Below are positions 52,436-64,000 of a stretch of 64,000 nucleotides of DNA, piece by piece (the first letter of the stretch is position 1; every line of letters starts with the position of its first letter). Position numbers and translations under genes: made by a program. The notes beneath the pieces were generated by a model. That model saw nothing but the letters and a program-made list of their open reading frames with translations, was not told where the DNA came from and made no database searches. Source of the DNA: the human T2T-CHM13v2.0 reference genome, Homo sapiens; the NCBI RefSeq assembly GCF_009914755.1, contig NC_060925.1; one strand, 5' to 3'.

Positions 52436-52944
52436 GTAGATGCCCAGTGGCCTGCCACCACTGATGACTCCATAAAATGCCAGTTGTTTCTAGAGATGGC
52501 AGAAGGTTGGCAGGAATGCCCCTACTTTCTGTTGCATCAAGCCTGGCAAACATCAGTAACTTATTACAGCCCTATTTCTTGCTAAGCCTAAGACAGCCTC
52601 AGAATCCTTCTCTGAGTATGTCAAGCAGTCCCTACCAGAAATGAAACCTGTGCCATTCCAAACCTGTAGTAATTATTCTGATGTTTACATGTGTTCTATA
52701 AGGAAAGGACTGTGAATCATGACTGCTCTTTGTAGTGCCCATACTTATTACCATATGAAAAAAAAACGAATTTGAATGGTGACTGGAAGCCTTTTTGAAG
52801 GACCCAGGATCATCATAGAAAACCTTATTGAGACCCTGTAGATTTATCGAAAAAATGGTAAGCTTGACACACCACCAAGTGTTGTAGAGGATGTAGATCA
52901 TTAGGAACTTGTATTGTTTGCAGATGGGCTGTAGTCAAGGGTAA

Positions 52945-53560
52945 CCACTTTGGGAAACAATTTGGCATAATGCGAAGGCTGAATATTTATGTAACCTATA
53001 ATCCCTGTCATGTCCTATCCAAAGGATAGAGCCAAGGGGAAACTTGGACATGTACCTCAGACACATGTAAGACAGTTCAAGGTAGCAGTGTTTATAATAG
53101 CAGGAAACTATTGATGGAAGATGGACAAATCCATTGTGGTATATTCACACAGTGGGATATGATATAGCAATGAAAACAAATTAACTACAACCACAAAGAG
53201 TGGTGAAAACAGCCAAAACCAAACAAAATGCTTAAGTACACACTTGTGAAAAAGCACATCTGTGTGTGCACACATGTATACACACATATGCATGTATCTG
53301 TGAGCACATACACATGTACCTTTCGATAAAGCAAGTGCAATGATATGGTTACCCCTGGGGAATGAAGGATTAGGAGACTCATCACCTTTGGAAGAAGAGA
53401 TAAGAAAATGGAACAAGGAATGAATACAGAGCCAGAAGCAAGTTATTGGCAATGTTTTAGGTCTTGGGCTGTGTGGTGGGTTTATGGGAGTTTGCTATAT
53501 TGTATATTGTATCACTAACATTTAACAGTCTTATGTATTAAATAATAGTTTTAAAAAAGT
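52945..53560 (+). mobile_element. Old L1M 3' fragment
   Basis: aaccactttgggaaacaatttggca; tgtggtatattcacacagtgggatat. Confidence 0.65.
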
Positions 53561-53632
53561 TTTTATCTTGAAATATTGTTCCTCATATTTTGGTGGAATA
53601 AGCCTGGTGCTTTCTGGCTATGTTTGTCATAG

Positions 53633-53806
<174 letters not shown>

Positions 53807-54176
53807 TAATGTCTGGTTCTTAATCTTGTAAATCCAAAAACTTGCTTTTGGATGGTGCATTTAGTTAATTTTTTTTCCCCCGAACAGCAATTCAAACCAG
53901 AAATTTAGTTAATTTTAGGCAGGACTGCTAAAAACCAAACTCAAGACCCGTGTGCGAGCTAAAATGAAAGTGAAAAAAGGGGGGAAAAAAGCTGTGCTAG
54001 AAACCAAACATTGTTGCCTGCTTACTTTCTCCTGGGTTAAATAGATGACAAGATTTAGAGAGGTGTTAAAAGACTGGTAACACCAACTGAGACGCTCCCT
54101 GATGTAATCAACAAAGTTGAAAGCGAATTGAAAAAGGAATGACTTTCTCTGCATATAATTCAAAATTACTCAATTC

Positions 54177-54664
<488 letters not shown>

Positions 54665-55057
54665 CTATCCACATAAAATCATCTTACATACATGTCCCGC
54701 ACTCTGAGAAACACTGTCTTATAGGAAAAGTTGTATGGGAAACCAGGTTTTGACTAGTGAGCAAGGAATCGGATCAGGATGAATTGTGACATGGACTTAA
54801 TGTCACTGTCATTAAGCTATGATAGTTTGATGCATCCAATTCTTATAAGAACATCCTGACCCATGGCCAGGATTTCGGGGCTACACACCAGGGCACGCTC
54901 TACAGTAGGCAGGGCAAGCTCAATTATTCAGAATGCTGGGCTGTCCCTACAAAGCATCATATGGGGTCTCTTAACACTCTGGTTAGTTTCCTTTGTCTAA
55001 ACCCTCTTTCTTAAAAAGTCTTCTTTATTTTTAGTCCATTTCTTCCTTGCAGCTTAA

Positions 55058-55246
<189 letters not shown>

Positions 55247-56467
55247 TGAGGTTGGAGGCTGGGGGTTATCACAAGACAAGCAAATACAAATGCATAAAAT
55301 ACACTGTTGTACACCAGAGCTCACAGTTTAGTAGAGATGATCCTACTTTACATGGCAATGACAAAAGTGATAATTGACTGGTGTGCAAAGTGTGTAGAAC
55401 ACAGAAGAGGAAGCTAGCAAGCCTCCCCTACCCCACTAGGACATAGACAGGCCTTTCAAGGTGAGTGAGAGTCTACTAGCTAGAGAAGAAAGGGAAGAGG
55501 AACAGTATTCAGGATAGATGGGGGAGGCGGAAAACTGAAGATGAGGAAACCAGTTAGAAGCCTATGAATTCTTGAACTGACATGCTGACACTATAGAATG
55601 AAGGGATGGTTTTTAGATAGGTTTTAGAAAGAAGTGGCATGGTTGGTGGAGAAAAGGAGGAATCAGAGACAACTGCATGGTTTCTAGCTAAGGCAAATGC
55701 TATCCAGTGAGGTGTGGGACCCAGGTGGCAGAGGGTGCTGGACTGGGGGTGGTGGAGCACATGCCAATTGCATGACATGTTGACCATTCATTACTTTTCC
55801 AGGACATCTAGGCTAGACAGAAATTTCAGCCTGGAGCTCAGGGAGAAGAGGGAGATTTGAGAGATACACTGCCTCCCAGATCTTTAGGTGTTTGTCCCAG
55901 TGTGGGAGTGGAGATGGTTGTGCAGGGAGAGCAGGAAGGGAGGGAGTCAGGGTGGACACTAGAGGGAGGGTAGAGAGAGGAGCTCCTAAGGCAGACTGCC
56001 AAGGAAGTTAGAGAAGCAGGAAAGACAGATCCATCACGGAGGACAAGGGAGGAGAGAATATATGGAAGATAAGGAGTGATTCTTGCCAGGGACCTCCCAG
56101 GCCCCAGGAAGGGAGCACTGCAGGGTTTGCCTTTGATTGGGCACCTGGGACGCCCTGAGTGACCTTCACAGCAGCCCTTTATGTAAAGTAGTGGGGTACA
56201 AGCCAGGCTGCAATCAGTTCAAAAGAGATTTACCTTTAATCTTGGTCAAAATCCTCTATTTTGAAAACCCAGCCAGTGGAAGTCCTTATTCAATTAGTTA
56301 TGTTCTGAACTTTTTAAGTCATTGAATTCTGAGATACACCTTATTATATTTAGTATTAACTATCCAAAGCTTGTTCTTAATGCTTTAAAAAAAAAAAAAA
56401 AACCCCTCCTTACCTTCCTCTTTGCTGGGTTTTTTGTAACCTTAGTCTCATTTGATTGTGACTGCAG

Positions 56468-56532
56468 GTCAAAAGGTGTCCTCCATCCAAGAAGAGAACT
56501 CAGTCCATACAAGGAAAAGGAAAAGGGAAAAG
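56468..56532 (+). CDS. CDCA8: CDCA8 coding exon 6
   Basis: Acceptor actgcag|; VKRCPPSKKRTQSIQGKGKGK; donor AG|GTAGTG. Confidence 0.96.
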
Positions 56533-56727
56533 GTAGTGGATTTTCTAAAGTTGTGGTGTTTTGGGTTTTATTGGAGAGCCATATATATCATGGCAGAAAG
56601 TGAGGGGCAGTGAAAAGGCTCTGGTGGCTAGTGTTTGAAAGCAGCTTAAAATCACTGAATCCTTGAGTATCCAAGCTGGAGGGGTCTCTAGAAATGACCT
56701 AAACCAAAACCATCTCCAGTACTTTAA

Positions 56728-56918
<191 letters not shown>

Positions 56919-57368
56919 TAATTTTGTATTTTTAGTAGATGCGGGGTTTCTCCATGTTGGTCAGGCTGGTCTTGAACCCCCGACCTCAGGTGATCCACCC
57001 ACCTCAGCCCCCACTTTTTTTTTTTAAGTATAGCAAGAACTGCCTGTTATGTTTCAGTTCCTGATAGTCCATATGTAGAGCTACCCCATAGCTCGTCATA
57101 GAGTGGCTGTCACTTACCTATAATTGGTTTCTTGAAATGTTTTGTCCAGTCCTGCAAAGTGAAGAACCTCTATGGGCTTGAGTTGATTATACTGGACTCT
57201 ACCATAAGCCATGTGGGGGAAGGTACAGCAGCTTAGGAGAGTAGTCACCGGGATGCATGTCTGTGGAGGAGCGAACTCATTTCTCTTGAGCAGTGCAGCA
57301 GCTGCCTGGCACAAGGACAGAATTCCAGCTGGGGGAGCCTTCGCATGAAGAGGCTGTCTCCTTGATTA

Positions 57369-57731
<363 letters not shown>

Positions 57732-57947
57732 CTAATTGGATATGTGATCTTGGGCAAGTTTTTAAAACTTGATGCACCTGAGTTTCTGCATCTGTGTATG
57801 AGGATGGCAGCAGTGCTGGCCTCCCGTGTTAGAAGGGTCACGTGAGTTGATGTGTGCGAGGCGCCCGGAGCAGTATCTCACAGTCAGCTCTCCACGTGTC
57901 ACTCCTCTGCTGCTGCCTTCGTGGAACCTGAGAGTTGGCATACCTGA

Positions 57948-58064
<117 letters not shown>

Positions 58065-58230
58065 TGAGTATCGAGGGAAACACTTGGATTTGATGGGACT
58101 CCAACATTGAGCACTACCCAGAGAAGGAGTGTCTAAGAAAATACTCCTAGGCCAGGCACGGTAGCTCACGCCTGTAATACCAGCACTTTGAGAGGCCGAG
58201 GCAGGCGGATCACTTGAGGTCAGGAGTTCA

Positions 58231-58565
<335 letters not shown>

Positions 58566-59208
58566 TTAATGGGAGGGAGGTGAATATTCTGCCTGTGATG
58601 ACTAGGAGGCCTCTAGGTGACGTTTTTGGCCTTTTCTGATTCAAATCAGAAGGTTTTTATTTTATTTTTAAAATATTTATTTATTATGAGGCAGGGTCTC
58701 ACTCCAATGCCCAGGCTGGAGAGCAGTGGCACAATCACGGCTCACTGCAACCTTGACTTCCCGGGCTCAAGTGCTTCTCCCACCTTAGCTCCCAAGCATG
58801 CCACCATGCCTGGCTAATTTTTTGTTTTTTTGTAGCGATGGGATTTCGCCAGGTTGCCCAGGCTGGTCTCGAACTCCTGAGCTCAAGCAATCTGCCCACC
58901 TCGGCCTTCCAATGTACTGGGATTACAAGCATGAGCCATCACACCCGGCCTCAAATCAGTTTTTTAAAGATGAGTAGGCACTCTCCTGTACTCTTGGTAG
59001 AAGTAAAAATTGATACTGCTTTTTTGGAGGCTGGCATAAGCAAGGATATTCTTGCAGCATAAGTTAATACCTTCCAAAGAACCTAGTTGACCAAATAGGA
59101 GATGCTGTATAGCCATTAAAAAAGACTGGATCTGTGTGTGCTGACAGGGAAAGAGCACCGTGATCACAGAGCATCTCCGAGCAGGTTGCTGAACACTGTG
59201 CTGTATGA

Positions 59209-59490
<282 letters not shown>

Positions 59491-60068
59491 TGAGATTATA
59501 GGTACATGCCACCATGCCCAGCTAAGTTTTGTATTTTTAATAGAGACAGGATTTTGCCATGTTGGCCAGGCTGGTCTCGAACTCCTGACCTCAGGTGATC
59601 CACCCCCCTCGGCCTCCCAAAGTGCTGGGATTACAGGTATGAGCCACGGCACTCAGCCAGTTCCCACTTTTCTTTACTGTTTGTTTTCTCACATGAATAT
59701 GTAACAAAAGGCATTTAGGGAAAACTAGGTAGCAGTATTTTAACTGTCTTGAGAAATTAGTATAATGATGTAATATCTAAATCATCCTCCTTTGCCTCTG
59801 AAAAATTCCTCTTGATGGAAGCAGCCACGCCTGGAAACAATTAACCAGCGTATTTCTGGCTTTGTGGATGGATGGATGATGGCACCCATATGGAGCTTTG
59901 GACCTAAACTTTATGTGGATAAGAGTTGGCTTTTTGTAAGATGTATGTTCAATAATTACAACCTTCTTTCTCCAGCTGTGTTTAGTCATTACTGCTTTAA
60001 AACATTTTTTTTTTCTAAATTTAGAACGTGCTTTCTTAGGAATGTATGACTTAAAAACTGCAACTTGA

Positions 60069-60747
<679 letters not shown>

Positions 60748-60750
60748 TGA

Positions 60751-60943
<193 letters not shown>

Positions 60944-61685
60944 TAACTGGGACTACAGGCACATGCCACCACACCCGGCTAATTTTTGTATTTTTAGTAG
61001 AGATGGTGTTTCACCATATTGGTCAAGCTGGTCTCAAACTCCTGACCTCAGGTGATCCACACACCTCAGCCTCCCAAGGTGCTGGGATTACAGGTGCAAG
61101 CCACCACACCCGGCCTCCATCTGTTCATCAACTAACATTTGCCCATCCGATTGTAGTAGGCCCAAGAAGTAGACATGGGGCCTGCCCTTAGAAAGCAGCT
61201 CAGTGGTCAAGATGGGTTTGCAATCATGGTACCTGTGATATGCGCAATAATAGAGATGTTAAAGGGTGGTGCAGAGGAGGGCACCACCGAGGTATGCGCT
61301 TAGTCTAGAACCCGGACCATGAGCTGTGCCTTCAGCTTTGTATAACTTAAGGGATTCTGAAGCAAGCTGAGCTCAGTGTCTCTGGGCTGCATGGAGCGAG
61401 TTGCTGACCTCAGCCCCTGTGAGGGGAGGACGGTTTGTTTCAGACATACTCTGCAGGGCATTTCTTAGATGATGTGCGTGCCTTTTGTGCCCAGGTAATC
61501 CAGCCTCCACCCTAGTGATAGTGCTGATGAAGTCATTGTCTCCTTAGAGCTAATATCCTTCCTGCCTGTCTTGCCACTTCTCCATCCCAGCCATTCCCCA
61601 CCACTAAGTGCAGGATATCAGGGGAACCTAGGGGTTCCGGCCCTAAGGGCCATGGCCAGTTTAACCCACTCCCCTTTCTATTCAG

Positions 61686-61772
61686 AGCCTGCGATTATTG
61701 GCCAGTGACTTGCAGAGGCACAGTATTGCCCAGCTGGATCCAGAGGCCTTGGGAAACATTAAGAAGCTCTCC
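61686..61772 (+). CDS. CDCA8: CDCA8 coding exon 9
   Basis: Acceptor ctttctattcag|; [29 protein letters not shown]; donor |GTAAGT; C-terminal dimerisation domain. Confidence 0.97.
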
Positions 61773-62376
61773 GTAAGTCTCATATTCATCTCCACACATA
61801 GGATGCCTCCAGTAGCTTTCTTGGGCTACCTTTATTTAGGATTGTCTTTTGGGCCTGGGCTAATACTTTCTACTTAAATTTGTGTTGTCTTCCTTCCCCC
61901 AAGAGATTTTGACTCTTACCCTACTTAGATAGCAGCAGTTCTGTTCCTCAGTTGATGTTGAGTTTTGTTCAATCCCAGGGTGCCTGCCACAGAAGTTCCA
62001 CTGCAAAATCAAAATTCTGCCTCATTCAGGCAGTTAGTGCTAGGGGTATGTTAGGTCACTATTGGCCACCAGAAAGTGAAACCTAGAGTAGCTCAAGAAT
62101 GAGGGTCGGGGCTTGTTATCAGGAATCTTACAGAATCAAAGAGCGAGCTGAACGGCCAAGCCTCTGGAGTGGTGGGGCCCATCAGCTGGGGCCTGTGTGC
62201 TCATTTCTCTCACACATCTTCATTCCTCCCTCAGCAGATAACCTTCTCCACAGGCTCCAGGTTCTGTGCTTAACATTGTTTTGCATGTGGCTTTGAGTAA
62301 CCACACCTCCAATCCCAACTTTATTGCTCTATTGCCCAATTGTTCAATTTCTTGTCTTGGTTTAAATTCTGAAGAG

Positions 62377-62535
62377 GGCCAGGCACAGTGGCACACACCT
62401 GTAATCCCTGCAGCTCAGGAGGCTCAGGTGAGAGAAATTGTTTGAGCCCATGAGTGCAAGGCTGCAGTGACCCATGATCGTGCTGCTGCACTCCAGCCTG
62501 GGTGACAGAGAAAGACCTCAGCTCTAAAAATAAAG
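62377..62535 (+). mobile_element. FRAM/AluJ monomer
   Basis: Alu right-arm consensus with A tail. Confidence 0.8.
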
Positions 62536-63025
62536 TAAATTATCAATTTAATTTAATTGAAGAATGTAATGGCTCCGCCAGGGATGAACCTCCTTGGTCT
62601 GGTCAGCCATCATCTTGGGTGGTGGATGGAGCACTTAGTGTAAACATGGCAACCTTACCCTCATCCTTCTGTGGGGTCTGAAGGGTACATCCAAGGAAGG
62701 GGACAAGGCGGGGCTGGTTTCCTAAACCTGTCTTTCTGAACATAGGCCCAGTGCTGAGATCCCACACACACCTAGCCACCCAAATCTTGTGACTGTCATC
62801 CTCTAGCTAGATCTATTGCAATGTTCTTCTCAAATCTATGATACCTTTACTGTCTCACTTGAGTTGTTATTTTACTCCCTTGTTCAGATGAGAAACAGGT
62901 TCAGAAAGGTGAATTCATGTGTGATACAGATAGAGAATGGAGGGGCTCAGGCTGACTGTGGGAGGCCAAGGGGCAAGCCTGCCAAGTGACATCTTCTACA
63001 ATGACCTCTCTCCTTTTCTTTTTAG

Positions 63026-63070
63026 AACCGTCTCGCCCAAATCTGCAGCAGCATACGGACCCACAAATGA
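63026..63070 (+). CDS. CDCA8: CDCA8 coding exon 10 (last)
   Basis: Acceptor ccttttctttttag|; NRLAQICSSIRTHK then TGA at 63068-63070. Confidence 0.97.
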   Translation, partial: NRLAQICSSIRTHK

Positions 63071-64000
63071 GACACCAAAGTTGACAGGATGGACTTTTAA
63101 TGGGCACTTCTGGGACCCTGAAGAGACTTCTTCCCTTCAGGCTTATTGTTTGAGTGTGAAGTTCCAGAGCAAGGAGCCATGTTCCTCTAAGGGAATTCAG
63201 GAATTCAGACGTGCTATTCCCACACCAGTTAGGTAGAGCTGTCTGTTCACCCTCCCATCCCAGCTGATCCCAGTCACTGCTTGCTGGGGCCATGCCATGG
63301 AAGCTTCCCATCAGTCTCCCAGCTGAATCCTCCCTGCTCTCTGAGCTGCTGCCTTTTGCCTCCTGCAACTCAACATCCTCTTCACCCTGCCCTGCCTGCA
63401 GTTGAGGGGGCGAAGAAGAACCCTGTGTTCTCAGGAAGACTGCCTCCACCACCGCTACCCAGAGAACCTCTGCATCTGGCATTTCTGCTCTCTATGCTTG
63501 AGACCGGGAGGTTTAGGCTCAGATAAGTGAGCTCTGGGCCATGAGAGGGTAGGTCCAGAAGGTGGGGGGAACTGTACAGATCAGCAGAGCAGGACAGTTG
63601 GCAGCAGTGACCTCAGTAGGGAACATGTCCGTCTACCCTCTCGCACTCATGACACCTCCCCCTACCAGCCCTCCTCTTCCTCCTCCTCCTCCTCCTGTGG
63701 GAGGTGGTCAGTGGGACTTAGGGATCTTTCACCTGCTGTGCCCAGTAGTTCTGAAGTCTGCTTGTGGAGCAGTGTTTTATGTTTATCCCTGTTTACTGAA
63801 GACCAAATACTGGTTTGGAGACAACTTCCATGTCTTGCTCTTCTACCTCCCTAGTTAGTGGAAATTTGGATAAGGGAACTGTAGGGCCCAGATTCTGGAG
63901 GTTTTATGTCATTGGCCACAGAATAACTGTCTCTAAGCTATCCATGGTCCAGTGGTCCCTGCCAAGTCTGTAGACTTCAGAGAGCACTTCTCTCTTATGG
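63071..64000 (+). other. CDCA8: CDCA8 3'UTR (continues beyond window)
   Basis: Follows the stop codon; no AATAAA noticed before the window end; (CCT)n tract near 63670-63696. Confidence 0.85.

Overview
Human (primate) genomic DNA, recognisable as chr1p34.3. The right half holds two complete protein-coding genes arranged head-to-head. AIRIM/C1orf109 is on the minus strand, with 4 coding exons that splice to 203 aa. CDCA8/Borealin is on the plus strand, with 10 coding exons that splice to 280 aa; its 3'UTR runs off the window. Both exon chains were rebuilt by hand and close exactly in frame. The left ~36 kb has no credible protein-coding gene. It is rich in Alu, MIR, L2, L1 and DNA-transposon fossils and, from remembered gene order, should be the upstream regulatory region of RSPO1 (inference; RSPO1 itself is not in the window). 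Most notable observations: (1) a ~1.77-kb-spaced direct duplication of the CDCA8 core promoter module (CCAAT/CHR/ZNF143 blocks), whose second copy sits at the proximal AIRIM promoter; (2) a textbook U12-type (minor spliceosome) GT-AG intron in AIRIM, with a readthrough/intronic poly(A) route and a cryptic U2 acceptor that introduces a stop; (3) a candidate uORF ending in an AUGA overlap with the AIRIM start codon; (4) a stop-free last intron; (5) a strong CTCF motif at the edge of the gene pair; (6) a composite GATA/pyrimidine minisatellite. No prokaryotic-type system (CRISPR, operon) is present. Repeat subfamily names are from memory of consensus sequences and repeat boundaries are approximate.
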